This document shows positions 26,015-40,183 of a stretch of 64,000 bases of DNA, piece by piece. A program made the translations under genes and the position numbers. The notes below the pieces were generated by a model. The model saw nothing but the letters and a program-made list of their open reading frames with translations. It searched no databases and was not told the DNA's origin. Numbering within the stretch: the stretch's first letter is position 1; every line of letters begins with the position of its first letter. This DNA is from Mobula hypostoma (Eukaryota): NCBI RefSeq assembly GCF_963921235.1, contig NC_086118.1, forward strand, positions 27,034,001 through 27,098,000, written 5' to 3'.

Positions 26015-29000
26015 GATCATAAGACATAGGAGCAGAATTAGGCCATTCACTCTATCAAGTCCACTCTGTCATTTCATCATGGTTGACCCTGGATCCCATT
26101 CAACCCCATTCACCTGCTCTCTCACCATATCCCTTGATGTACTGACCAATCAGGAATCTATCAACTTCCGCTTTGAATATACACATGGACTTGCCCTCCC
26201 CACAGTCTGTGGCAGAGCATTCCACAGATTCACCATCCTTTGGCTGAAAAAATTCCTCCTTCCCTCAGTTCTAAAAGGTTGCCCCTCAATTTTGAGGCTG
26301 TGCCCTCTAGTTCTGGATACCCCCACCAGAGGAAACATCCTCTCCACATCCATCTTGTCTAGTCCTTTCAACAATTGGTAGGTCTCAGTGAGATCCCTGT
26401 GCATTTTAGTAAATTCCATTGAATACAGACCCAAAGCTGCCAAATGCTTCTCATATGTTAACACCTTCATTCCCTGAATCATCCTCATGAACCTCCTCTG
26501 GACTCTCTCCAATGACAATGCATGCTGAGATAAGGAGCCCAAAACTGTTGACAATACTCCAAGTGCGGCCTGACTAGTGTCTTATAAGGATTCAGCATTA
26601 TCTCATTGTTTTTATATTCTATTCCCCTTGAAATAAATGCCAACGTTGCATTTGCCTTCTTTACCACAGATGCAACCTGTGAATTAATCTTCTGGGAGAC
26701 TTGCACGAGGACTCCTGGGCTCTTTGCACCACTGATGTTTGAATTTTCTCCCCATTTAGGTAATAGTCTGCACTTTTGTTCCTTTTATCAAAATACATCA
26801 TCATACATTTCCCAGCACTGTATTCCATCTGCCACTTTTTTGTGCATTCTTCTAATTTGTCTAAGTCCTGCTGTAATCACATTGCTTCCTCAGCACTACC
26901 TACCCCTCCACCTATCTTCATGTCATCCACAAACTTTGTCACAAAGCCATCAATTTTATTATCTAAATCACTGACAAAAATGTGAAAAGTCACAGTCCCG
27001 ATACTGACTCCTAATGATCACCACTTGTGACGAAAAGGCCCTCTGTATTCACACACGCTGTCTCCTGCCTGTCGGCCATTCCTTTATCTATGCCAGTATT
27101 TTCCTGTAACACGACAGGACTTCATCTTGTTAAGCAGCCTCATGTGAGGCACCTTATCAAATGCCTTTTGAAAATCTAAGTAAATGACATCCACTGCCTC
27201 TCCTTTGTCCACACTGCTTATTACTTCCATGACGAATTCTAACAAACTTGTCAGGCAAGATTCCCCTTTGCAGAAACTCTGCTGATTTTGATTTATTTTA
27301 TCATTGGTCTCCAAGTACCTCGAAACTTCATCCTTAATAATAGGCTCCAACACTTTCCCAACCACTGAGGTTAGGATAACAGGCCAATAACTTCCTTTCT
27401 TTTGTCTTATTCCCTTCTTAAAGAGTGGAGTGACATTTATAATCTTCCAGTTCTCCGAAACCATGCCAGAATCAAGTGATTCTTGAAAGATCTTGACTAA
27501 TGCATCTGTTATTTTTTCAGCAATCTCTCTCAGGACTCTGGGATGTAGTCCATAAGACCATAAGAGATAGGAGCAGAATTAAACCATTTCTCACATTGAA
27601 TCTGCTCCACCATTCAATCATGGCAGCTCCTTTTCTCCCCTCCTCAGCCCCACTCTCCGGACTTCTCCCATAATCTTTGATGCCATGTCCAATCAAGAAC
27701 CTATCAAATTCTGCCTTAAATATTCCTGTATTTCAGTGCTTTAAAAGGGATAGAGAGGGCAGAAGAAGGGGAGGAGGGGTGGCATTACTGGTCAGGGATA
27801 CTATTACAGCTACAGAAAGGGTGGGTAATGTAGCAGGATCCTCTTTTGAGTCAGTATGGGTGGAAGTCAAGAACGGAAGGGAGCAGTTACTCTACTGGGG
27901 GTATTCTATAGGCCCCCTGGTAGCAGCAGAGATGCAGAGGAGCAGATTGGGAGGCAGATTTTGGAAAGGTGCAAAAATAACAGGGTTGTTATCATGGGTG
28001 ACTTTAACTTCCCTAATATTGATTGGCACCTGATTAGTTCCAAGGGTTTAGATGGGGCAGAATTTGTTAAGTGTGTCCAGGATGGATTCCTGTCACAATA
28101 TGTAGACAGACCGACTAGGGGGAATGCCTTACTAGATCTAGTACTAGGTAATGAACCGGGTCAGGTCACAGATCTCTCAGTGGGTGAGCATCTGGGGGAC
28201 AGTGACCACCACTCCCTGGCCTTTAAAATTATCATGGAAAAGGATAGCATCAAAGAGGACAGGAAAGTTTTTAATTGGGGAAAGGCAAATTATGAGGCTA
28301 TATAAGGCTAGAACTTGCGGGTGTGAATTGAGATGATATTTTTGCAGGGAAATGTACTATGGCCATGTGGTCGAGGTTTAGAGATCTCTTGCGGGATGTA
28401 AGGGATAAATTTGTCCCGGTGAGGAAGATAAAGAATGGTAGGGTGAAGGAACCATGGTTGACGAGTGAGGTGGAAAATCTAGTCAGGTGGAAGAAGGCAG
28501 CATACACGAGGTTTAAGAAGCAAGGATCAGATGGGTCTATTGAGGAATATAGGGAAGCAAGAAAGGAGCTTAAGAAGGGGCTGAGAAGAGCAAGAAGGGG
28601 GCATGAGAAGGCCTTGGCGAGTGGGGTAAAGGAAAACCCCAAGGCATTCGTCAGTTATGTGAAGAAAAAAAGGATGACAGGAGTGAAGGTAGGATCGATT
28701 AGAGATAAAGGTGAGAAGATGTGCCTGGAGGCTGTGGAAGTGAGCGAGGTCCTCAATAAATACTTCTCTTCGGTATTCACCAATGAGAGGGAACTTGATG
28801 ATGGTGAGGACAATATGAGTGAGGTTGATGTTCTGGAGCATGTTGATACTAAGGGAGAGGAGGTGTTGGAGTTGTTAAAATACATTAGGACAGATAAGTC
28901 CCTGGGGCCTGACGGAATATTCCCCAGGCTGCTCCATGAGGCAAGAGAAGAGATTGATGAGCCTCTGGCTAGGATCTTTATGTCCTCGTTGTCCACGAGA

Positions 29001-32000
29001 ATGGTACCGGAGGATTGGAGGGAGGCGAATGTTGTTCCATTGTTCAAAAAAGGTAGTAGGGATAGTCCGGGTAATTATAGACCAGTGAGCCTTACGTCTG
29101 TGGTGGGAAAGCTGTTGGAAAAGATTCTTAGAGATAGGATCTATAGGCATTTAGAGAATCATGGTCTGATCAGGGACAGTCAGCATGGCTTTGTGAAGGG
29201 CAGATCGTGTCTAACAAGCCTGATAGAGTTCTTTGAGGAGGTGACCAGGCATATAGATGAGGGTAGTGCAGTGGATGTGATCTATATGGATTTTAGTAAG
29301 GCAATTAATAAGGTTCCACACGGTAGGCTTATTCAGAAAGTTAGAAGGCATGGGATCCAGGGAAGTTAGGCCAGGTGGATTCAGAATTGGCTTGCCTGCA
29401 GAAGGCAGAGGGTGGTGGTGGAGGGAATACATTCAGATTGGAGGATTGTGACTAGTGGTGTCCCACAAGGATCTGTTCTGGGACCTCTACTTTTCGTGAC
29501 TTTTATTAACGTCCTGGATGTGGGGGTAGAAGGGTGGGTTGGCAAGTTTGCAGACGACACAAAAGTTGGTGGTGTTGTAGATAGTGCAGAGGATTGTCAA
29601 AGATTGCAGAGAGACATTGATAGGATGCAGAAGTGGGCTGAGAAGTGGCAGATGGAGTTCAACCTGGAGAAGTGAGAGGTGGTACACTTTGGAAGGACAA
29701 ACTCCAAGGCAGAGTACAAAGTAAATGGCAGGATACTTGGTAGTGTGGAGGAGCAGAGGGATCTCGGGGTACATGTCCACTGTTCCCTGAAAGTTGCCTC
29801 ACAGGTGGATAGGGTAGTTAAGAAAGCTTATGGGGTGTTAGCTTTCATAAGTCGAGGGATAGAGTTTAAGAGTCGCGATGTAATGATGCAGCTCTATAAA
29901 ACTCTGGTTAGGCCACACTTGGAGTACTGTGTCCAGTTCTGGTCACCTCACTATAGGAAGGATGTGGAAGCATTGGAAAGGGTACAGAGGAGATTTACCA
30001 GGATGCTGCCTGGTTTAGAAAGTATGCATTATGATCAGAGATTAAGGGAGCTAGGGCTTTACTCTTTGGAGAGAAGGAGGATGATAGGAGACATGATAGA
30101 GGTGTACAAGATAATAAGAGGAATAGTTAGAGTGGATAGCCAGCGCCTCTTCCCCAGGGCACCACTGCTCAATACAAGAAGACATGGCTTTAAGGTAAGT
30201 GGTGGGAAGTTCAAGGGGGATATTAGAGGAAGGTTTTTTACTCAGAGAGTGGTTGGTGCGTAGAATGCACTGCCTGAGTCAGTGGTGGAGGCAGATACAC
30301 TAGTAAAGTTTAAGAGACTACTAGACAGGTATATGGAGGAATCTAAGGTGGGGGCTTATATGGGAGGCAGAGTTTGAGGGTTGGCACAATATTGTGGGCT
30401 GAAGGGCCTGTAATGTGCTGTACTATTCTATGTTCTATGTTCTAAATACACCTAACAACCTAGCTTCCACAGATGCCTGTGGTAATAAATTCCACAAAAT
30501 CACCACCCTCTGGCTGAAGAAATTTCTCCACATCTGTTTTAGATGGACGCTCCTCTAACCTGAGGCTGTGCCCTCTTGTCCTAGACTCCCCCACCATAGG
30601 AAACATCCTTTCCACATCTACTCTGTCTAGTCCTTTCAACATTCGAAAGGTTTCAATGAGTTCCCCCCCAATCCTTCTAAATTCTAGTGAGTACAGACCC
30701 AGAGCTATCAAACGTTCCTCATATGACAACCCTTTCATTCCCAGAATCATCCTTGTGAACCTCTTCTGAACCCTCTCCAGTGCCAGCATATCTTTTATTT
30801 AATTTAGTCATTTACAGATGAGGAGCCAAAAACTGTTTACAATACTCAAGATGAGGCCTCACCAGTGACTTATAAAGCCTCAGCATCACATCCCTGCTCT
30901 TGTATTCTAGACATCTTGAAATGAATGCACGCATTGCATTTGTGTTCCTCCCCACCGTCTCCACCTGCAAGTTAACCTTTAGGTTGTTCTGCACAAGGAC
31001 TCTCAAGTCTCTTTGCATCTCAGATTTTTGGATTTTTTTCTCCATTTAGAAAATAGTCTGCACATTTACTTCTTCTACCAAAGTGCATGACCATGCATTT
31101 TCCAACATCGTATTTCATTTGCCACTCTCTTACCTATTCTAATAATCAGATTAAGTCCTTCTGTTTCCTCAACATGACCTGCCCCTGCACCAATCTTTGT
31201 ATCATCTGCAGACTTGGCAACAAAGCCATCTATTCCATCATCTAAATCATTGATAGACAGTATAAAAAGAAGCAGTCCCTACACCGACCCCTGCGGAACA
31301 CCATTAGTCACTGGCAGCCAACCAAAAAAAGATCTTTTTATTTCCACTCGCTGCCTTCTACCAACCAGCCAATGCTCTAACCATGCTTATAACTTTCCTG
31401 TAATACCATGGGCTCTTAACTTGGTAAGGAGCCTCATGTGTGGCACCTTGTCAAAGGCCTTCTGAAAGTCCAAATATACAACATCCACTGCATCCCCATT
31501 ATCTATCCTATGTGTAATCCCCTCAAAAAATTCCAGCAGGTTCATCAGGCAAGATTTTCCCTTAAGGAAACCATGCTGACTTTGTCCTAGCTTGTCCTGT
31601 GTCTCCAAATACTCCACAATCTCATCCTTAACAATTGATTCCAACATCTTCCCAACCACTGAGTTCAGGCTAACTAGTCTGTAATTTCCTTTCTGCTGCC
31701 TTCCTCATTTCTTAAAGAGTGGAGTGACATTTGCAATTTTCCAGTCCTCTGGCACTATGACAGAGTCCAATGATTTTTGAAAGATCATTACTCATGCCTC
31801 CACTATCTCTACCACCACCTCTTTCAGGACACTAGGGTGCAGTTCCTCTGGTCTGGGTGACTTATGTACCCTTAGGTCTTTTAACTTTTTGAGCACCTTC
31901 TCCCTTGTAATAGTAACTGCACTCACTTCTCTTCCCTCACACCCTTCAACATCTGGCATGCTGCTAGTGTCTTCCACCGTGAAGACTGATTAAACAGTTC

Positions 32001-34480
32001 ACCTGCCATCTTCTCGGCTCATTTCTCTGGCCTCATTTTCTAGTGGTCATATACCCAATCTCATGTCTCTTTTATTTTTTTACATACTTGAAAAAGCTTT
32101 TACTATCCACTTTGATATTGTTTGATAGCTTGTGTTCATATTTCATCTTTTCCCTCTAATGACTCCTTGAGTTTCTGTCTGTAGGGCTTTAAAAGCTTCC
32201 AACTAATTTTAGCTTTTTTGTATGCCCTCTCTTTTGCACTTATATTAGCTTTGACACCCCTTGTCTGCCATGGTTGTACTGTTTTGTCACTTGAGTATTT
32301 CTTTGTTTTTGGAACACATCTTACCTGTACCTTCCTTATTTTTCCCAGAAACTCACACCATTGCTGTCATCCCTGCCAGCATCTCCTTCCAATTTACTTT
32401 GGCCGACTCCTCTCTCATGCCACTGTAATTTCCTTTATTCCACTGAAGTACTGCTACATCAGACTTTACTTTCTCCCTGTCAAATTTCAAGTTGAACTCT
32501 ATCATATTGTGATGACTGGTTCCTGAAGGGTTCTTTTACCTTAAGCTTCCTAATCTCCTTTGGTTCACTGCATAACACTCAATCCAGAATAGCTGATCCC
32601 CTAGTAGGCTCAATGACGAACTGCTCTAAAAATCCATCTTGTAGGCATTCAAGAAACTCACTCTCTTGAGATCCATTTCCAACCTGCTTTTCCCAATCGA
32701 CCTGCATGTTGAAATCTTCTATGACTATCATAATATTACCCTTTTGTCACACCTTTTCTATTTCCTGTTGTAATCTGTTGTCTGCATCCCAGCTACTGCT
32801 GGGAGCCCTGTATATAACTGCCTTCAGGGTCCTTTTATCCTTGCAGTTTCTTATCTCAACCCACAAGGATTCAACAACTTCTGATCCTATGTCACAGCTT
32901 TGTACTGATTTGATGCCATTCTTTACCAGCAGAACCACACCACCCCTCTGCCTACAATGCAACATGTAACCTTGAACATTTAGCTCCCACCTACAACCAT
33001 CCTTCAGCCACGATTCAGTGATGGCCACAACATCATACCTGACAATCTGCAATAGAGCAACAAGATCATCCACACTATTTCTTATACTCCATGCATTGAG
33101 ATATAACACTTTAAGTACTGTATTTGCTACTCTTTTTGATTCTGCATCCCTAGCCATCTGGTCCAGGTGACTTAGTCACTTTAAAACCTTTGAGTTTGCC
33201 TAGCACTTTTTCCTTTGCAATAGCAATGGCACTCACTCCTGCTCCCTAACATTCATGGACCTCTGGCACAATGCTAGTGTCATTCACAGTGAAGACTGAT
33301 GCAAAGTACACATTAAGTTCATCTGCTATTTCTTTGTCCCCCATTACTACCTCACCAGCATCATTTTTCAGTGGTCCAATATCAATTCACACCTCCCTCT
33401 TACTCTTTATATAACCGAAAAAACTTTTAGTATCCTGCTTTATATTATTGCCTTCATATTTTATCTTTTCCCTTCTTATAGCTTTTTAGTTGCTTTTTGC
33501 TGGATTTTAAAAGCTTCCTAATCATTCAATTTCCCACTCACTTTTGCTACCTTTTATGTCTTTTCCTTGGTGTTTACGCAGTCCTTAACTTCCCTTGTCA
33601 GCCATGGTTGCCTAGCCCTGCCATTTGATATCAGAGGACATATCTATCCTGCGCCTTGTGAAATATTCCCAGAAACTTCAGCCACCTTTGCTGTTCTGTC
33701 ATCCTTGCCAATATCTTCCTCCAATCCACCCGGGCAAGCTCCTCTCTCATGCCTCTGTAATTCCCTTTTTCCATTGTGATACTGATACATGTGACTTATG
33801 CTTCTCCCTCACAAACTGCAGTATGAATTCTATCATATTATGATCAATTCCTCCTCAGGGTTCCTTTATGTTAAGCTGACTAATAAAATCCAGGTTATTT
33901 TACAACACCCAGTCTAAGATAGCCTTTCCCCTAGTAGGCTCAAGTACAAGCTGCTCTAAAAAGCCATCTTGTAGGCATTCAACAAACTCCCTCTATTGCG
34001 ATCCAACGCCAACCTGATTTTCCCAATCCCCTTGCATATTGAAGTCCCCCGTTATAATTGTGACATTACCCTTATTACATGTCTTTTCCAGCTCCCTTTG
34101 CAATCTCAACCCCACATTCTGGCTACTATTTGGAGGCCTATATATGATTCCTATAATTTTTTTTACCCTTGCAGTTTCTTAACTCCACCCACAAAGATTC
34201 GACATTCTTTGACACTATGTCACCTCTTTCTAAAGATATAATTCCACCTCTTACAAGAGAGCCACACCACTGCCTGTCCTTTCGATACAAAGTATGTCCT
34301 TTGATGCTAAGCTCCCAGCTATGACTTTTTTTCAGACACGACTCAGTGATGCCCACAACATCATACTGCCCAATCTCTAATTGCGCCATGAGTTTGCCCA
34401 CTTTATTCCAAATGCTACATCCATTTAAATTCAGCACCTTCAGCCCTGCATTGTTTGCCCTTATGAACTTTGCCTCTGTG
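26015..34480 (-). mobile_element. Outer CR1 (26015-27553 and 33151-34480) hosting a second minus-strand CR1 (27554-27722 and 30443-33150)
   Basis: Endonuclease and RT motifs resume collinearly across each insertion; junction duplication TAGTCCAT / TAGCCAT. Confidence 0.88.
27723..30442 (+). mobile_element. Young 5'-truncated CR1 with nearly complete ORF2 (APE + RT)
   Basis: GDFNFP, SDH, NYRPVSLTSVVGK, GVPQGSVLGP, KFADD. Lesions seen: a frameshift near 28300 and stops at 29367, 29673, 30261. (TTCTATG)n tail; TAAATA duplicated at 27717-27722 and 30443-30448. Confidence 0.95.
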
Positions 34481-35594
34481 CTACAACTTTGTGCAGTTTT
34501 CCAGCAACTTTTTTTATTACAATAGAGCGAGAGATACAGCAGCAAGGTAAATTACATGCAATGTATAATTTCTCAAATCATTTGGGTCAACTTAAATGCA
34601 TTCTTTTTTAACATTATGATTGATTTTTTAAATAGTTTTGTTTTTTTTCAATGTCTTGTTAGACACATTTGTGAACATTCCAAATTCTGACAGCTGGCAA
34701 AACCATGACGTATGACTTCTAAAACATTTCTTGTCAATGAATGCAGAGTTTGTAGATCAGAATTCCGCTTTGGGAGTACTGCTCAAATGTCTTCCCATTT
34801 ACATAAGGTAGACTTGACGGCAACAACTATGGACCAGAAGTGGTCAAGGAGTACATTGTATATGTGGTATCCATTGATCAATGTTCTCTTAGTCCTACAA
34901 AGCATTTGCTCATGTCATTTACACAATAGTTGCCTTTAATGAACCCCAAGCCCTGCTTTTCCAAATGATGTTCAATTTTTCCTCATCTGATTTTCCAATA
35001 ATTAACTTTCTACCTGTTATACAAAAAATTAAATTGAAGGAGTAACCACTGGCCCCTTAAGCCTGCTACACCAGCAATAAGATCAAAGCTGATTTGATGT
35101 AACCTCAACTGCATTCCTGCTGATCTGTGGATACCTTTCATCCTGCCCCACCATTGGTTAAAAAAAAATCAATCTGCCTCTGCAATCAGAGACTCTGCTT
35201 CAAATCATTTAATGAAGGGTGTTTGAAAAGTGAGGGGCCTTTTGAGAGAACGCATTTGATTTCATCCATGTCTTCAGTGATCCTCATTTTTATAAAATTG
35301 TGATTAAGGTTTGTAGCTTTTTGTCGTACTCTTTTTAAAAACATGATATAACATTACCAAACCTCTAAGTTACTTTATTGAATGATGACTTAAGGAATGT
35401 GATCAATGCATTAGTTTTGTTACACTAGGAAACATAGGATGCAGTTGACAAAAGCTGGATGACAATTTTCAGTAATTCTAACTTTGTACTTTTTGTTCAT
35501 CATTGCTGACTATCCTGCTTATAACTTCACTCTCAAGCTTCAGAAAAACCTTTACATCACCCTCTTTGAAGATAATGGGAAAATATATGTTTAA

Positions 35595-36560
35595 TAATCA
35601 GAATCAGGTTTAATATGACCGGCATATGTCATGAAATTTGTTAACTTTACGGCAGCAGTACAATGAAATACATTACAAATAAAGAGAAAAAACAATTACA
35701 GTAATTATATATATTTCTATTAAATAGTTAATGTAAGTTATAATAAGTAGTGTAAAAAAATCCCAGAAATTAAAACACAGTGAGGTAGTGTTCATGGGTT
35801 CAATGTCCACAGGACCAGACGGCAGAGGGGAAGAAACAGACCCTGAATTGCTGAGGGTGTGCTATCGGGTTTCTGTACCTCCTTCCCAATGATAACAATG
35901 AAAAGAGGTATGTCATGGGCAGTGTGGGCCCTTAATGCTGGACACTGCCTTCCTAAGGCACCGCTCCTTGAAGATGTCTTGGATTCTAAGGAGGCTAGTA
36001 CACATGATGGAGCTGACCAATTTTACAAGTTTCTGCAACTTATTTCGATCTTTTGCGGTAGCTCCCCACGCCATACCAGATAGTGAAGCAGGCAGACAGA
36101 ATGCTCTCCACATTACATTTGTAGAAGATTTTGAGTGTTTTAGTTGACAAACCACATCTCCTCAAACTCGGAATAAAATATAGCCGTTGTCTTGCCTTCT
36201 TTACAGTATGTTTTGTCCAGCTTAGGTCCTCAGAGATACTGACAGCCAGGAACAAGAAATTGCTCACTCTCTCCACTTCTGATACCTCTGTGAGGATTGG
36301 CTTGTGTTCCCTCATGTTACCCTTTCTGAAATCCACAATCCGCTCTTTGGTCTTGCAAAGTTGTTGTTACGACACCATTCAACTAACTGCTATATCTTAG
36401 TCCTGTGTACCCTTTTGTCACCATCTCAAATTTTGCCAACAATGGTTGTATCATCAGCAAATTTATAGATGGCACTTGAGCTATGCCTGAACACACAGTC
36501 ATGAGTGTAGAGAGAGTAGAGCAGTCAGCTAAGCACATATCTCTGTGGCACGCTAGTGTT
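35595..36560 (-). mobile_element. Rex1/Babar 3' part
   Basis: ISEDLSW..KKARQRLYF, VESIL, IQDIFKERCLRKA; (GATTCT)n tail. Confidence 0.85.
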
Positions 36561-36799
36561 GCATTCATCTCAGTGTTGTCCTCCATCTTAACATGGAGAT
36601 TTTCTTTCACGTCCTTGATACTTACAATGTTTTTTTCTAAAATGTTCTGGGGTTAAATCTGATGTTGCTTCTTGTAATTGCTACTTGCCTCAATATATTG
36701 TTTCTCCAATTATAATTTGAAAATAAGATGGAAGAGATGTTATCTTGGAATTTTTGGTTAAATGTTGCAAAGCTTGGATGATGTAAAATATTGAGAGAT

Positions 36800-38237
36800 A
36801 TAGATTAGATTAGATTAGATGCAACTTCATTGCCATTGTGCCGAGTACAGATACAAAGCTGATGAAATGCAGTTAGCATCTAACCAGAAATGCAAAGAAT
36901 AGTGTTATTTACAAAATAACTGTGAATTAAAAGTGCTACAGCACACAAATGTAAAAGTACTGACACAGTACAATATGGGTGCAATACTGCTTAGCGCTGT
37001 GATGAGAGGTTCAGCAGTGTCACAGCCTCAGGGAAGAAGTTCTTCCTGTGCCTGCTGGTGCGGGAGCGGAGGCTCCTGTAGCACCTACCGGATGGGAGAA
37101 GAGTAAAAAGTCCATGGTTAGGGTGAGATGCATCCCTGATAATGCTTTTCGCCCTGCCTAGGCAGCGTTTATTGTAGATGTTCTTAATTGTGGGCAACTG
37201 GGTGCCAATAATCCGCTGGGCAGTTTTCACCACACGCTGGAGTGCTTTGCGGTCTGATATGGGACAATTGCCATACCACACTGAGATGCAGTTGGTGAGT
37301 ATGCTCTCAATGGTACAGCGGTAAAAGTCCGTCAGTATCCTGGGACAGAGGTGAGCTTTCTTGATGCTCCACAGGAAATAAAGGCGCTGCTGCACCTTTT
37401 TGATCAGGATGGAGGAGTTCAGGGACCAGGTGAGATCCTCGGAAATGTGGACACCAAGGAATTTGAAGCTTGATACATGCTCCACTACAGCTCCGTTGAT
37501 GTAGATGGGGACGTGAGTGTGGCTCCTAGCATGCCTGAAGTCCACAATGATCTCCTTGGTCTTCTGACTGTTAAGGGCCAGATTGTTGTCGGCACACCAT
37601 GCAGCCAGGTGCTGGATCTCGTCCCTGTAGGCTGTCTCGTCATCCCCTCTGATCAGGCCAACCATCGAGGTGTCATCTGCGAACTTGATTATGGAGTTAG
37701 AATGCACTCATAGGTGAAAAGGGAGTACAGAAGAGGGCTCAGCACTCAGCCTTGAGGCACGCCGGTGTTCAGGGTGAGAGTGGAGGAGGAGAGGATGTCT
37801 AACTTAACTGATTGGGGTCTGTAAGTCAGAAAGTTCAAGGTCCAATTGCAGAGGGATGAGCTGATACCAAGCTGGCAAAGTTTGGCGTTCAGCTTGGAGG
37901 GGACCACAGTATTGAATGCTGAAATAAAGTCAATGAACAGCATTCTGCCGTAAGAGTTGGGGCTGTCCAGGTGGGTCAGGGCAGAGTGAAGTGCTGTGGA
38001 GATGGCGTCCTCTGTTGACCTGTTGGCGCGATAGGCAAATTGATGGGGGTCCAGGGTAGTGGGCAGACAGGATTTCAGATGTGATAGAACCAGTCTCTCA
38101 AAGCACTTTGCAATGATGGGGGTGAGTGCAACTGGGGGGAAGTCATTCAGGCCAGTGGTGGTGGAACGCTTTGGCACTGGCACGATGGTGGCAATCTTGA
38201 AGCTTGTGGGGACAACTGCCTGGGCAGGGTGAAACAA
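36800..38237 (-). mobile_element. Young 5'-truncated Rex1/Babar LINE
   Basis: Long open frames: [39 protein letters not shown]; (AATCT)n tail. Confidence 0.93.
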
Positions 38238-38289
38238 GCACTATTGCTTGACATGTTTATGTATCATCTGTATTGGTAACTGGCAAGAT

Positions 38290-38800
38290 ACTTGTCTATG
38301 ACCCACCTCCTGACACCCCAAGATCTGTCCACCATCTACAAAGTAGTAGTCTCGAGTGTGACGGAGTACACTCCACTTACCTGGATTAGCGCAGCATCAA
38401 CAAATCTTATGAAGCTTGCGCCATCCAGGACCAGGCAGCCTGCTTGTTCAACCTTATTCATTCCATCCACCACTGTGCATAGAGTTTACAATATGTACAA
38501 TCTACCCACACTGACAGCACACTGAAATGTGTGACCTCTACCACTACGAAGGAAGCAGCCAGCTGGTGCATGAGATCACCTCCATCTCCAAATCATACAC
38601 CCTGAGCTTGAAAAGTAACATCAGTCCTTCAGTGGAATCCAAACCCTAAAATTCCTTCCCTAACAGCAACCTGAGGGTTCCTTTACCGGGATGATTGTGG
38701 TTCAACAAGGTGGCACATCACCAGTATCTCAAGGAAATTAGGGATGGGTAATAAAACTCTGGCTTTGCATGCAATGCCCAGATGGCAACATGAATTTAAA
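38290..38800 (+). mobile_element. Old LINE 3' fragment, RTE-like
   Basis: LSTIYK.VV.SV.EY.P..W frame and a 3' UTR-like tail; a weaker relative lies near 23370-23500. Confidence 0.55.
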
Positions 38801-40043
38801 AAGGGCAACCACACATACTGCTAGAGGACAAATACAGTATTATGAATTAAGTTTGTTTTTTTAAATTAAAAGAAACATCTTAGCCATTTAGTATTTCAGA
38901 AATATACATTTCCTTTTGTAAAAGCACCTCTTTCAGTTGACGTAATCCAAAAATCTGCTTGATTTATCCATTACATTTTACTGCAATTTTAAAAAAGGGT
39001 CTCTGAAGTTTCACTGTTACAGCCTTATTGCACTACATTTTAGGAATCATGATCCACCGGTACAAATTAGATGTGATTTTTTTGGTCTAAGTTCATATTA
39101 AATATTTATTTAAGATTTTCATTCATTAGCTTATTCACGTGATGGAGAATAGGAAAGAAAATTACATGGGACTAATGTCGGAATTTTAATATCTTGTTTG
39201 ATTATAATTGTTCTGTTTCAAACAGAGAATAATTTGGTGGATAAGCTCTGTTAAAAAAGTATCATTATTCTAAATAAAATTAAAGTAAAACATTCTGACA
39301 GCAACTAAATCTTTAAACAAGCTATGTATATTAAAATTATCTGATGCAGAAAAATAGTGAAGGAAATCCAATGTCCTTAAAGTTGTTTTATGTCCAGTAA
39401 GTCTGGCTTACCAAATAGCTTGGCGAAACTTCAGTAATTTTGTTTTCCTTGAATTCTGATAATATATAATCTCTGCTCACTGGGAGGTGTTATATTCACT
39501 GGTTAAACTCAGTATACTTGGCAGCTAAAGTTTTAACCTCTTCAACTGATATATTTCCCCTTTGACCCTTGAAATATGATTATTTAACAGTGAATTTTAT
39601 TTGCTAAAGGACGTCGCACAATATAGCCTAGATATTGGGTGTAATAAACTTAATCGGAAATAATAACAAACGCAAAATGGGTGTATTACTCCTTATCATG
39701 GCTTGAATTTACTATGAAGAAACATGATTTAACAAGCAGTATTGGGTTTAAAAATAAAATTGAAATTAAAATAGTCATTGCTAAATCCAATGAAGTGAAC
39801 AAGTTGTCACAAATTAATATCAGACGGCGAGATCTCCTTGAAAGTAACTACATTGTGTTCTTGGATTTCGCATACACCACATCATAAGCATATTAACTGC
39901 AATTAAACCCTGATTCAATCGAGCAGAAGAAATACTCTGCACCATCAGTAATGAAGCAGCCAAATGGCCCGAGAGTTAACTCAAAAGTAGCGAAAAGAGA
40001 TGCTCGTAAAGTGAAACCTGCAAACGGCAACATTTGGTGTTAT

Positions 40044-40049
40044 TTTATT
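40044..40049 (-). promoter_or_regulatory. Candidate polyadenylation signal (AATAAA) for the GPCR
   Basis: TTTATT on the plus strand about 135 nt past the stop codon; further copies lie near 39596 and 39106. Confidence 0.35.
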
Positions 40050-40183
40050 GCCCAGACTTTTCTGAATTTCGCATCCAGCCCCAACTCTGAAGTAGAGCGT
40101 GCAAGATACAGACATTGTGTGTCACTTGGAGTTCAAATACCTACCTGGTCTTCAGCGGGAGCAACATTTAGATCTGGGTACTG

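Noticed and set aside
28359..30263. Active CR1 ORF2
   Set aside because: It is 5'-truncated with a frameshift and three premature stops.
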